Assembly: GCA_965644295.1 (NCBI GenBank)
Contig: CBFFRP010000408.1
Location: 124,001-188,000 of the forward strand
DNA from: Paraphysomonas bandaiensis
Lineage: Eukaryota > Protista > Chrysophyceae
Direction of reading: 5' to 3'
Length of the DNA stretch: 64,000 nucleotides
The notes beneath the pieces were generated by a model, which worked only from the letters and a program-made list of their open reading frames with translations, did not search any database and was not told where the DNA came from. The translations under genes and the position numbers were made by a program. Shown piece by piece: positions 46,141-58,878 of the stretch. How positions within the stretch are numbered: the stretch's first letter is position 1; each line of letters opens with the position of its first letter.

Positions 46141-47380
46141 TCAAGACGATGATATCACATCTCGTGCAAACGCTGCAAAATATAAAAAATATCGTTAAAA
46201 ATGAACTTGACAGGGTATGAAGTGCCTACCTGGGAGCACAAAAGACGCGCGATGAATGTCGGAAGTGTAATATCTCAGAGACATACCATCCGGAACATTT
46301 CTCGATGGCTCTAGATTAAGAACGAATATCAATATAGTAGTCAATAATACAAAGTAGATGCGTTTTATTGTGAGTAAATATGACATATTGTACACCACAT
46401 CAATTCGTACAGATGCATCTTCTTGAGCTACGCACCTGCAGGATTAAGTGCCTCTGTAGACTCCGCCCTATCATCCCCATTAACGCAAATCAACAAGCCA
46501 ATCTGGCCCGATGGATAGGATGGGATGGTGGTATAGGCGTACTTCACTACGCCCGACGAAAATACCGTCGAACAGGACTGGAGCATTTCACGGATCAATG
46601 GCAAGTGCAACCAGATGCATTCGCCTTGCATGCAAAATACCCCACCAGGGGCCAGTGCATGCTTCACGCTGTTAAAGAATTCCTGCTGGTAAAGAGTCTC
46701 CGCAGGACCAACAGGATCACTAGAATCCACAACAATGCAGTCGTAATCAGCACCTTTTCCAGACTCCATCAAGAACTTCGCCGCATCTCCGTATATCATG
46801 GTCAATCGGGGATCGTCATAAGCGGTCGCAACAGTGTTGGGAAAGAAATGTTTTGACACTTCGACAACTTTTCTGTCAATTTCACACATATGGATCACTT
46901 CTACAGACGGGTGTTTCACGACCTCTCGCAGAACTCCTCCGTCACCACCGCCAACAATCAAAACCTTCTTCGGGGCTCGAGACAGACCAAAGAGAGGCAC
47001 GTGTACCATCATCTCTTGGTAAGCAAATTCATCTCTTTCAGTCAACTGAATGACACCGTCCAACACAAGCACTCTTCCATAGTGAGTTGATTGGAAAAGA
47101 AGAATATCCTGATTATATATACAGATATGCGTGTCATCATATGGACACATACGCAGACACTCAACACACTCACCTGAAAATCAGACTTGGCGTTAAACAG
47201 AACCTCTTCAACCTTAAGAGCGAACTTCTGTCCTGGCCTGAGAGAAATGACTGTGATTGGTGTTGACCTGTAGAGTAGATGGACTCACCAGAGCGTGCTC
47301 TCCGTCTCACTGAACCAGTTGTCTTTAATCAGCTCACTGGCTGAGTTAGAGGGAGTCATGTCCTTCTGAATATCCTGCAT
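46141..47380 (-). CDS. SPDS: Spermidine synthase, 5 exons
   Basis: WFSE...WPGQKFAL, LVLDGVIQLTERDEFAYQEM, VLIVGGGDGG, VDSSDPVGPA, YTTIPSYPSGQIG, LRYYTSDIHRASFVLP. Start at 47380 or 47359. Confidence 0.96.
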
Positions 47381-47916
47381 GATTGTTGGAGTAGTCTATG
47401 GAGTAGAGGGTGGGGTAGGGTGCTGATGTTATAAGAGTGCGTGCTATGGAATTATGGATGGAGAATAGACGGCTCAGAGGCCACTTATTTCCTACTACTG
47501 GAGCATACCGCATACCGCATACAGGCCGACCCGGCTGAGTATACGTACTGCTGTACATACAGTGCAGTGCTGTAGTCGAGTGGTATATTTGGACCAGAAG
47601 TGTACAATATTTTGGTGTTGGAGGTCTCAGACCACCCATATACCGGTATACAGTATACAGTATACAGTACACACAAGTACAAAACAACTCTGGTTCCGTA
47701 TTCTGGTAATACATGTCTATGTATACAAATGTGGCCGTTGAAAACTTCAGCGAACACATCAGTCGAGTGCCGTCTGGGTGCATGTGTATATATGTGTGTC
47801 AAGATCAGGCCACGATAGGAGTATAATTCGCCGAAACCTTACATTACTGTTACTGTTCAACCTTAAGCAAAGCATATACACTCTAAATCAGTTCTTTTTG
47901 ACAGCAGTTTGTTATA

Positions 47917-49845
47917 ATGGAGAATGTGAGCAACAATTCTCGTCCTCGCACAGCTCCCGCGACACCAAAGAGCGACAGCTTAAAGCCTGCAAAGACACCG
48001 CAGTCCTTGAAGAGCTGTATGGGCTTGTTGCTATATCTTCTTGTTGACTAACAGCTCATTCAGGTCAAACACCCACCTCAGCGAGATCTCCTCGAGCCAG
48101 TGCTAGAGAAGCGGCTGTAGAAGGTATTGTGTGCAAGCTGTTGTGTGGTGCGTGTAACATCAGATATGTAGCTAAGAGGATACATACTGCCGAGAAAAAG
48201 CGCAACATAAGCCTTTTGAAAGAAAAATGGGCAAAAGAAAAGAAGGAAAGACTGGACTTTCAGAAAAAACAGCGTGAAGAAGAAGCTCGCTTGAATCAAA
48301 AGCTTTCAATGACGCAAGCACAACAGAGGAAGATGGACATTGAAAGAAAGCAAAAGATTGAAAAGCAAAAGCGTGCAATTCAAGAAGATATGGTCAAAAG
48401 TTCTGTTGAGGAACATATACGAATGAAGAAAGAGTTACAGGAGCAGGAGAAAGCACGACGCAGACAGTCAATAGCACTCAACAGAGAAATCCTAGAAAAA
48501 GCGAAAAGGAAGGAGGCAGAGCTCGAGAAAAAAAAGAAAGATGAGGAAGCAAGCCTTCTAATTTCAAGGCAGCTAGATTACCTTGCTGTGCGAGAAAGCC
48601 GTGAAATTGAAGAGGAGCGCAGAAGAGAGAGCATGGCGATTCGAGGAGCCCAGGCTCGAGAGCAGAGGAAGTCTGAACGAAAGGCGCAAGAATGTCGACA
48701 AGAAGAGATACAGGATATACTTGCTACTCGCAAAGAAATGTGGCTTGACGATAAAAAACAACGGGAAAAGCAGAAGCAAAAAGATCGGCAATCATTGGCA
48801 AACCGTCTCAAGACGAGCAAGCAACAAAGAGAAGCCGATGAACTAGAGGCAAAGCAAAAGCTGGAGAGGGAAACACAGGAATTATACAACAGGAAACAAG
48901 AGTGGCTGGATGTACAGCGTGCAAAAGATGAGAAAATTCGACGAGATAGAGAATCACTTGCAATGAGGCTTGATTCTTGGCGACGGGAACGCACCCTAGA
49001 GCAAGAGGAGGCTGCACGACAGGCCGAGATTGAGAGAAATGAAAGGGAGTTAATGCTCAACGAGCTTCAGGACATAATGAAGTTCCAACAAGAGCAGGAA
49101 GATCAGCGAAGACAGTCTTTGGCTTATCGTTTGGATACAGCTGCGCGGGAAAGAGATTATTTACAGGGCCTTGAAGCCAACAAACAGTTCGTGTTGGAGA
49201 AAGAGAAGCAACTTCATGAAGCAGAAAGGGAAGATATTCAAATGTTTCGCGCTCATTTAGAAGAGGAAAGACGAAAGAGCCTTGCATTCCGCCTTGATGA
49301 ATGGGTAACTGATACATAAACAATAATGCAATGTATCTTACATATATCATTTTCAGCGTAAACACCGCGACTGCGATAGGTCAGCTGAGGAGGCTGAGAA
49401 GGAAGCTACCCACCGAGAGCTGCAAATTCGCGCTGAAGAGAGAAGGGATGTTTTAGACATGAAAGAGCAAGAGCGACAGAGAGAACGACAAGAAATTGCA
49501 AGGAGAATTGAAGAATCCAGACAGGCAAAGGAGGTAGATTTACTTAATCACCGCTCTCTTTTGGACAGAATGCATGCAGATTTTGAGTCTAGAAGAAAGG
49601 ATTGGAAGGCGCTGAATGAAGCAAAGCGTCAACAGCAAGAGAGGAGCAGAATGAGTATCTGTATGCGTTTGGACAGCTGGAGACAACAAAAACTGGACCG
49701 TGAAAAGCAGAAGGCTAAAGATCGTCTGGCTAAAGAGCATGAGGCTATGATGAAGCAATGGGAAATCGAAGATATTAGAGCTGCTAAAGCAAAGGCAGCT
49801 CTTGAAGAGAAAAAGATGAATGCGAAACCAAGCATGATATTTTAA
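47917..49845 (+). CDS. Charged alpha-helical protein with exact 54-aa periodicity (candidate cytoskeletal/axonemal filament protein)
   Basis: ORFs 48129-49319 and 49459-49845 linked by an intron; E/R/K/Q-rich; repeated RxSLAxRL motif. Confidence 0.75.
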
Positions 49846-50191
49846 GCTTGCTTTGTCGAGAACTAAAAAGAGAGCTATTCTCCCCCTGAATTATAATACA
49901 AGAAGCAATTTTGGTGTTGCATTAATATACTTTTTAATAAATTAATATGAGTATAAGGTCATTTGAAGTATTCATACAATATATATGTAATCAATATAGA
50001 CATGTAGAAGAACGTTAATAACTTCTTGTGAAATTGAAATACCGTCATCTGCTTTTCTAGCACGTTTCCAGCTTCCACATTGGAGGCCGCTGTTGTGATT
50101 ACTATCCAACTTCACAGCAGCGTCCAGTACTTACTTACATAGTGATATGATATTAAGGCGACTCCTAGTTCGAAGCCGCGCGCATTTATTT

Positions 50192-50227
50192 CAGGGCCTG
50201 GTAACCATTAACGGTTACCACGCCATG
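50192..50227. mobile_element. 36-bp TIR-only hAT MITE relic
   Basis: CAGGGCCTGGTAACC-ATTAAC-GGTTACCACGCCATG; left end identical to 45580; 8-bp TSD ATTTATTT/GTTTATTT. Confidence 0.72.
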
Positions 50228-50367
50228 GTTTATTTTTATGCACAAAGGATACGTATGTATATAGAAACACACACAACGCTATTATTATTATTTCAGTAAA
50301 TGAGCAGAAGGCAAAGCATACTACTATACGCGGTACGGATCACAACTCTCATTTCACACAAGTTCAA

Positions 50368-52187
50368 TCATCTCTTTCGAAAACCACCACCTCTGCCAGC
50401 TTTTGTGGGCTTCGACCCTGCTGATCCAGCTGCTTTTCTTTTTAGGCCAGCCGCAGCAGCGGCTCCAGTCTGCACCATCGGTTTGAAGAAACTGAATATA
50501 TACAAGTTCGGTTAAAGGACAACCAATCTAATTAAACAAACAAACGTATACTACCTGTCCATTCGCTGTTGTGCTTTCTTTGCCTGTGCTTCCACCAACT
50601 TCTTTATTCCATTTTCTACTCTCTCCGCGTTGAAACCCATCTTTTCCACAAGAAAAGTGCGCAATGCATCTTCCTGCGGTTGGGTCCACTTCAATTCCAC
50701 GGAATCTGCACTTTCTACTTCATGGGCAAGAAACAGTTCCCTTGCTCTTATGTACTGAGGTTCTACCCATTCGTACTCAACGCCCTCTTCTTCTTCTTCG
50801 TCTTCCTGAAGTTCATCTCCTGTAGCCCCTTCACTTTTACCGTCACCATCGAGCACCTCGTTAATGCTGTCGCCATCATCGAGCACCTCACTCTTGCTGT
50901 CGCCATCATCGAGCACCTCATTCATGCTGTCGCCATCATCGAGAACTTCATTTTTGCAATCGCTTTGTTCAGGCTCCGCTTTCTCACTGCCGCTGTTAAT
51001 GGCATTCTCTCCGTTTCTCCCAGAAGTAGCAACCTCATCAGTGCTATCAGCAGCAGCATTACCGACCTCATCTTTCCGCTCAGTATCAGACGGCTCGTCA
51101 CCAGCCGGTGGCACTGCATTCTTTCTGACTCTATATCTTGTCCAGTCCTTTGGAAGTTGATACTTCTTCTCTCTCTTTACAGCGGAAATGATACCCTCTA
51201 GTGTTCCATACTGCTTTATCATCTTCAGTGCGGTCTTAGGGCCAATACCCTTAATGGAACTGCAGTAGTCACACCCGCACAAGATGCACAGATCTACGAA
51301 CTGCTCATAAGAGAGACCAAGACCTGATAAGGCAACTTCCAGATCTATTTCAAGTATGGGCTGCTTGTTGTTTCCTGTTCCTGACATGGTCAGTTTCCTC
51401 AAAAGTTTGGGGGTGCGAAATGTCCTGCGAACAACAATCAATTCTGGGCATTACAGCAGGCCTCACTCACAGTGCATCCATATCTTCCGTGGCAGTCGCA
51501 AACACTTTACCCTTCCTGGCTAGTTCCGCACACTGTGCCTCAGCCTCACAAGGGGCTGTTAACACAGGAACACCCATCAGCTGGAGGAGCTCCTTGCAGT
51601 CATCATTGTGCTGTTTGGTCACCTTTACCAAACGCCTCGAAAACTTGTCAACATCACCTTGCTCACCACTCTCCTTTGCAGTAGCTAGATCAGCCTGAGT
51701 GGGACGCATTAGATCCTATATATACAATTCCATATATCTCGACCTCAGCCTGCTGACGTCGTGCAAGGCGCTTCGCCAATTCCCCTCCTTTCAAATCCGG
51801 AGGCTTTCCGTCAAACACATACACCGGCTTCACACCCGCTGCCAGTAACTTAATAGTACGATTGAACATCCCCTGTATATGACTGGTGACTTCTCCGGCT
51901 TCATTCATAAGCATAGACGAGGCATAGCCATTATCACTCCTCACAGCTACCAGGAACTGATACATAACCATCGATGCATCTATTCAATGAACCAGACACA
52001 GTCACCCAACACACGTACGGCTCACAGTATACTCCTACCTATCGCTATTTTTCTTCCTGTGAGATTCTTTAAATCCTGCTCTTTAATAGAGCCCTGCACA
52101 CCTCTGCCGTTAGAGGCCACCACTAGGAAACAATCTACTTACTGGGGCTTCATCTGAGAGAAGCTTAGTTAGTCCGTGAATACCCAT
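50368..52187 (-). CDS. FEN1: Flap endonuclease 1, multi-exon
   Basis: [78 protein letters not shown] box QQRMDSFFK. Confidence 0.97.
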
Positions 52188-52905
52188 GTTGGATATGTGG
52201 GGGGCTTGTGGGGTGGGATACTTCTCACTATTAGATTATGTATCGAGTTGTCGTAGCTAACATATGCGGCTGCTGTGTCCATATATCTAACATACAGCAT
52301 ACACCATACTATATATACCGGTATACTCCTGCTGTCCATCATACGCATATCCAGATATACATACGTATATCCGCTCACATTATTTAAAATTTGAATCTCC
52401 TGAACACACCAGTGCATCAGTAGCTCTGGATATTACAAAAATTGGATTTCTATAAAACAAAAGGTGTGGTTTCAGCATGGACGGTCATACAATGCAAACC
52501 GCACCCGCTCTCGTTCCGCTCGCGGAAGTTAAGTTGCATCTGGCCCGGTTAGTAGTACGGTGGGTGACCACGTGCGAAGTCCGGGTACTGTCCGTTTTTG
52601 TCTTTTTGACCCTCAAAGATTCTTTCTTCCAGATTATACGGTATTCTATTTTTTACTGCTGAGTATACCACACCAGTACAGTACACTGATGATGTGCACT
52701 GCACACTATATACCGTATACATTACACATACAGGTACTCCACTGTATATTAGCGACACTGTATGTGCAGGTCGTCAATATATGCTTTTGTGTAAAACTAG
52801 CCAGCGATTATTCGAACCAAACTGGCACCAGGAGTCCAGTGATATATATCTGTAGGAGATATACAGTCTTGTTAGATATAGAGACATTACATCCTGACAG
52901 TAAAA

Positions 52906-53980
52906 ATGGAAATTAAACGTCAGGTCCTTATATTCGGAGCAGTGATATCATGCGTGGAGTGCTCCTCTTTGCCGTCTAAGGAGGACATTTTGGACTCCCT
53001 TCTTGGCACTCCAGCTGGACTTGTTACAGTTTTAGTTGTTTTGATATCTTTGCTGGTTGGAATTCTTCAGATGTCTCAGAGTAAACCGAAAGTGGCATTG
53101 AATTCAGAGGAGTGGCAAGAATTCCCATTGATTGCTAAAAAACATTTGAGTCATGACACGAGGTAGATATGTTGCGTACTTGACATTACTATTTGCTCAT
53201 ATAGCTTCAGGCTGTTTCGATTTGCGCTTCCGTCTCCAGATCATATATTAGGTCTTCCAATTGGTCAGCATATATCATTCAAGTTTGTAGACGACCGTGG
53301 AAAACTTGTTCAGCGATCGTATACTCCTGTAACTTCAGACATTGAGCGAGGCTATGTGGAATTCGTAAGTTCTTTGCAAAAGTGATTAATCATGCGTGAT
53401 TGCCTCTCTGTAGGTAATTAAAGTTTATTTCAAGAATGTACATCCGAAGTTTCCCGAGGGTGGCAAAATGTCGCAGCACCTTGAAAACCTTGCCATTGGA
53501 GACAAAATGCTCTTTAAAGGCCCCAAGGGTACTGTAACATACAAAGGGAACGGAAAGTTTGATATTGTGCGTAATCGTGTGAGTCAACCTTACAAAGTCA
53601 AGAAACTGGGAATGATAGCGGGCGGCACTGGCATTACCCCTATGCTACAGATCATCCGGGCCGTATTAAGGGATCCTAACGATAAAACTGAGATGTATCT
53701 AATCTTTGCGAATCAAACAGAAGATGATATTCTTCTTCGTGAGGAACTCGAAGGACTTCCATCAGACAGACTTCACTTGTGGTACACCCTCGATCGCCCT
53801 CCAAAGGACTGGTCTTACAGCTCAGGTTTCATCGACGCTGAGATGTGCCGCAAACACCTGCCACCTGCTGAGGATGGCACCATGGTATTTGTGTGTGGTC
53901 CTCCTCCGATGATAAAGTATGCATGTGAGCCAGCTTTTTCCGAAATTGGTCTGGATGATTCTCAGTGGCACGCCTTTTAA
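52906..53980 (+). CDS. CYB5R: NADH-cytochrome b5 reductase with N-terminal membrane anchor, 3 exons
   Basis: [60 protein letters not shown]. Confidence 0.96.
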
Positions 53981-55171
53981 TATAGCTTATGACCACGTTT
54001 AATCTTTGCTGAGCTTTTATTGCAACAGTTCTGATTGTAATAATTACATCGAATCAGAAATATACGTTTTCGAAACATGAGCATTTGTACTGAGTAATAT
54101 TGAGTCTATGACTTCAAATGTAAACTCAACTGTTACTATCGGTCATTAGTCGTGATTGGACATTGGACCTGTTAACATACGTCGGAAAGTTACTCACGAC
54201 AGCTGAGCTACTATATAGTCACATATACAAATATAAGCATATCCTTGCAGTCTATAGATTGATAGAAATGGGAAAGCTATCTAGTATCTAGAAATAGTAG
54301 TTACTCGTTACTATATCTATGTGATATACAAAATAAGCACGTCAATAACGCAGAAAACAGTGGTGTGCTATCGCTCTGTGAAGATGTCATTAGTTTATTT
54401 TAACTGCAGTACAAAGTACAAATACACTTATCCTGACAAAGCCAAATTGCATATATCCTTAACTCATTTATTAAGTGCATGAAATGATGGAGTTCATGCC
54501 TCTTGAGCATCTAGTTCTTGTACCATTTCATAATTACCTCAAGCATCCTGTTACCAGTCAGAAACACTTGTTTGTTAGGTTCTTTTCATATTCAACAGTC
54601 TATTTACAGTCTGTGGAGGCAGTAAGTGTCAGGTCTAATGATGGAATATCTTCTTAGGGAATATGAGAGTGCAGTCATATGACATAGTATGTACAAAACA
54701 GAATGCAATTTAATGCAGCATATATATCTTAATATATGAATAGTAGTGCCTCGCATGCGCTGCTGTACACCTAATTTGATATGATGCATTCTCAGAAAAA
54801 TGAACTCCGAGTATACATGTGGAATACCGTGCCGTATAATAATGGAGATAAGAAGAGCCGTTTTTGTTGTTCGTATTGTGTTGGTGTGTGTGTGTATTCA
54901 TAATAGAACAGTACAGTTGAGTGCGGTGTGTATGTGTGTATGTGTATATGGATGTTGTGTATATGGCTCGTTAATTCCATTTAATTTAACTGCATCTCTT
55001 GGCCTCCAGATAGACACTGTAGGATAAATAGTCGAGTCATTCATGTCATAGGTGTATAAGTGTGCTGACTGTCAGGCTGGATAACGCGATATATATACTC
55101 ATATAATCTTATAGGCACTCTGCGTTCCATCCACTCCTGTCATTGCAACTTATATCTGAGTAGTACAATAA

Positions 55172-56149
55172 ATGGAATCATATGAAGAAGAATCATCTAG
55201 GAGAACTTTCCTTATGGATGGAGCCCCTATGGGGTTCGGTTTAGAGGCTGAATTCGGCGCTCTTCAATCGGACTCAAATATTAACGACAATGGCATCGGA
55301 GAGAATCAGTTCGAAGAGTATTACCAAGAAGCCTCTCATGGTGATTACGATGAGGACGAAGTAGAGGTTGGAAATGAAGAATCCGTCCCAACAATGCCGA
55401 ATGAGTTTTATTCAGAAGTAGACAACTTTCTTAGTAAACCCCCACCAAAAGTAAAAGGTATTAAGGCCAAATCGAAGACACGGGAAAAGCTCGAAGAGAA
55501 GATAGTGAAGTCATCGTCTTTACCGATTCTTGTGAACAAACCTAAGAAATTGCGTGTAGCAAGTAAGATAGACACGGGTCGTAACCCAGGAAAGCAAAAG
55601 AAATCAAAGCAGCCAATAGACACCAATCTCTTGGCTGAGGCTATGCAATATGTGGAACAGGTACAGAGAGAATCACTCATTGAAGAATGCAAGAGTGCTC
55701 GAGTACCCCAGGATGGAGGGAAAAAGAGCGGATCGGCGCCGCAGGATCCACAAGGAGGCCGACGAGGCGCAGAGTCTGGTGGTGGAAGGCGGTCCCAAGA
55801 AGACGCGGGACCAGGTATAGCCTACTCATCAACTCAAGGACGCTCTAAGGCCAAGTCTGCGAAAGCTGCAGCCCAGAAGAAAAAAAAGGAAAATATGGTG
55901 CGTCGTCTAAGGTCTCAGACCGAAGGACGCTCGAAGGAGAATTCGTCTTTCGACACCTCAATGACCACACAAGATGGTGGTAGCTTAAGAAATGCGGTGG
56001 ACTTCGATGCTCTGGTGGCAAATTTTGAACAAGGGTTGACCCTGCAGCGGCTGAAAGAAGAGTTAGAAGAGAGTAAAGCGTCAATGGCTCGGAGTAATAA
56101 AGCTATGCAGCAAATATCCAAGGAAGCATCATCTCAGATGAGACTATGA
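55172..56149 (+). CDS. Single-exon 325-aa protein of unknown function
   Basis: Uninterrupted ATG ORF with acidic N-terminus, basic middle and C-terminal coiled coil (DFDALVANFEQGLTLQRLKEELEESK). Confidence 0.8.
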   Translation: MESYEEESSRRTFLMDGAPMGFGLEAEFGALQSDSNINDNGIGENQFEEYYQEASHGDYDEDEVEVGNEESVPTMPNEFYSEVDNFLSKPPPKVKGIKAKSKTREKLEEKIVKSSSLPILVNKPKKLRVASKIDTGRNPGKQKKSKQPIDTNLLAEAMQYVEQVQRESLIEECKSARVPQDGGKKSGSAPQDPQGGRRGAESGGGRRSQEDAGPGIAYSSTQGRSKAKSAKAAAQKKKKENMVRRLRSQTEGRSKENSSFDTSMTTQDGGSLRNAVDFDALVANFEQGLTLQRLKEELEESKASMARSNKAMQQISKEASSQMRL

Positions 56150-56740
56150 TTTGCCGGTGTCATACTCGTAGTGTGATATCGTTGTTGTAGATAGTTGTAT
56201 CGGTGTGTATGTCAGTCGTTCATGGTGGGGACAGATATTAGTATCATAACATTTGTGCTAAATTTCCTTCTGATAGCGAAACGTATTTTGCAATTGCATG
56301 TAATATTAATTCGTTCGAATCCGTTTATCCGAGCAGTCGAATATACGACTTCGTTGAAGTCTTGCAGTCATATTTTACCATTTGAAATATATCAATCATA
56401 CGTTCTCAAAAACTCTACCTACTGTTTAACACACATAGCGACAGAATTAGCCTGCGCTACTTGCGGCTACGAATTCAACATGTCAAATCCTTGCACTTTA
56501 ACATATACTCGACGAACCAAAATGCCATGCATATTCCATATATGTATGCTATTAATAAATATTACGGCTGTCGAACCAAAACATTAAGCAGTAAGCAGTA
56601 TTGTGCCTATCTATGACATTTTGAAGTACAAAGTTGCCATCATTTGAAAAACAATCGAAAATTGAAATATACAACTATATAACTCGACGAAGGGACGCCA
56701 TGTCGTTGATACGGAAGCGATACGGCAAATATTTCAAGCG

Positions 56741-58218
56741 TTATGCTGCGGTATCCCCCATTCGAGGGTCCGTTGAATTCACAGGCTCGGAGAAGGAGTC
56801 GAATGCTGTTGATGGATCATCTATTTTAACAGAAGTGGGAAGAACAGCTTTTCTAAAATAATTTTTCAGCATCTGATTACCACGTCTACTATTTTGTTGA
56901 GTGCGTTTCTGTGACTCAAAAGTATAATATTTAGATGATGTGCATTTACTTGTGGTCTGCAGAACTTTTTCAGTTTCCTCACGCACAAAGTATTTCAAAT
57001 CCTTAGGGTAAAATTAGGCACAGTTAAAGACAACGGTAGTCAATGTACCTTAGCTGTCAGGAACCCGCTGTTATCGCGATCTAATTCTTTGAATCTCTGC
57101 ATCACAACTTACACCTATCTTTGACAACTAAAGTAATAAACTTACTTCAAGCCATGGCTTAATATCTTTGTCGTGATCTACGTTACACGTCTGTGCGAGC
57201 ATGTAGGAAAGAAACTCGACCTCTGAGACACCATTTCCGTCCTTATCGAGGTCAGTTATAGTATCAAGATTGAGACGTTTATTAAGTAACTCCAATTTTT
57301 TCTTCTCTGCAGCTATTTCCAGTTTGGTAGCAGTAAAATTTCCAATAGCACCGGCTACGGTGGCCACTGCGATCAGTGAGTAGAAGATAGCAAATATCCT
57401 AATCGTAATTATAATAAGAAGGTAAATAGCATCAACAGTGCGGAGCTTACTTAGTGGAATCGTACTGAAGCGGCAAATCACCAAAACCCACAGTCTGTGA
57501 ATAATGTTACTCAATCCTCAAATAGCAGTACGTCTTACAGAAGAAGTTATAAAGCTCCAATAAAAAGAATCAACAAAAGTCCAGCCTTCATTGTATTTGA
57601 CAAACATAGTTCCCACGAAGAGAACAGCGAGGATACACAGTATTGATATCGCAAATTTAGCACCGTGTGGCTCCTGTATGCAATCTTAGAACTCATATGT
57701 AAATAAAACAAAACAATAATCAAGCACCTTCAAGTCTGTGGAATCATTGTCAAGTCTTTGGACAGCCTCTTTCTCCATTTTATCGATGACAGCATCTATA
57801 GCATCATTGAAGAAACAAAATATGCAAACTAGTCCAGTAAGAATGTAGAAAACGGTAAATACTTTAGAACCTGTTATGAAAATTAGAACCGCAAATTAGT
57901 AGCAGTGCTATATACCGTTGTGGGTTGGCGTAACGTCCCCGTATCCCACAGTAGAGACTGAATAAGAATTGACAATCGTCTAATAAAAATAATAACATAC
58001 TTACTTGATATGGTTACAAAATATACACAGTTTAACACTGACCATCCCTCACTGAATCTGTAAAACACCACCCCCAATATATAGAAGAGTAGAATCGATA
58101 ACATCTTGAGCACCGCATGAGCCCGACCACCGACAATCCGATTCAGATCAAACACTGACAATGAATGGTTGGATTGCTGTGAAGTAACATGTATTTCAAC
58201 GGCGAATATATTGCCCAT
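56741..58218 (-). CDS. Two-pore K+ channel (TPK/KCO-like) with C-terminal EF-hands, multi-exon
   Basis: Pore 1 YFVTIS|TVGYGD; pore 2 FYWSFITSS|TVGFGD; EF-like loops DKDGNGVSEVEF and DRDNSGFLT. Confidence 0.9.
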
Positions 58219-58878
58219 AGTGTATAGTGTATATCTACAAGCACAGTGATGGGTTCAGAGGTTGCTGTGAGTACAAAGCTATTGGGATGGAACTCGTTAT
58301 GCCTCAGCTATAACCCTGCCATCATCTTGAATGAGCAGCAAGGATATAATGAATTGCTGGAGAAAACTAGCGCTGTAATCCTCAGAGTGGTTCGTGAGGT
58401 ATATCAATCTCTATGTGAGCCTATGAGTAGCATACAATAACGGACCTTCCACTACGTATACATATACATGCATGTACATCCATGTAGATACAGTATGGTA
58501 TACCCTCATAAATACCGTACCGTATACTGATACGGACACTCCTTTCGCCCGTGTACCGGTTACTCTGTCCGGGACTTGCCGAAAAACTGGAAATATCCTG
58601 ACGACGAAGTGAGAAAGTGTACGTGAAATATTTTCTTCATCTCTGGATCTCGTATATCCATATATCCATATGATGTGGTACGTATCATGTATACACCTCC
58701 AGTGTAGAAGTGATCAACTTCACCCTCCGAATTCTTCGTTCTATGAAAGAAAGATACACGTAGCAACAACACACACACTCCCTCACACACAACATCACAG
58801 ACACTCACACATAACACTCTCACTCATCGCATTACAAGCACTATCATTAACACACTGGATACACACACCTATTAAGAG

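Noticed and set aside
50155-50185. tRNA B-box-like GTTCGAAGCC
   Set aside because: No A-box or cloverleaf could be formed.
50569-51201. Long antisense ORFs over FEN1 (and similar ones over kinesin, the 54-aa repeat gene and YAK1)
   Set aside because: Shadow frames of compositionally biased real genes.
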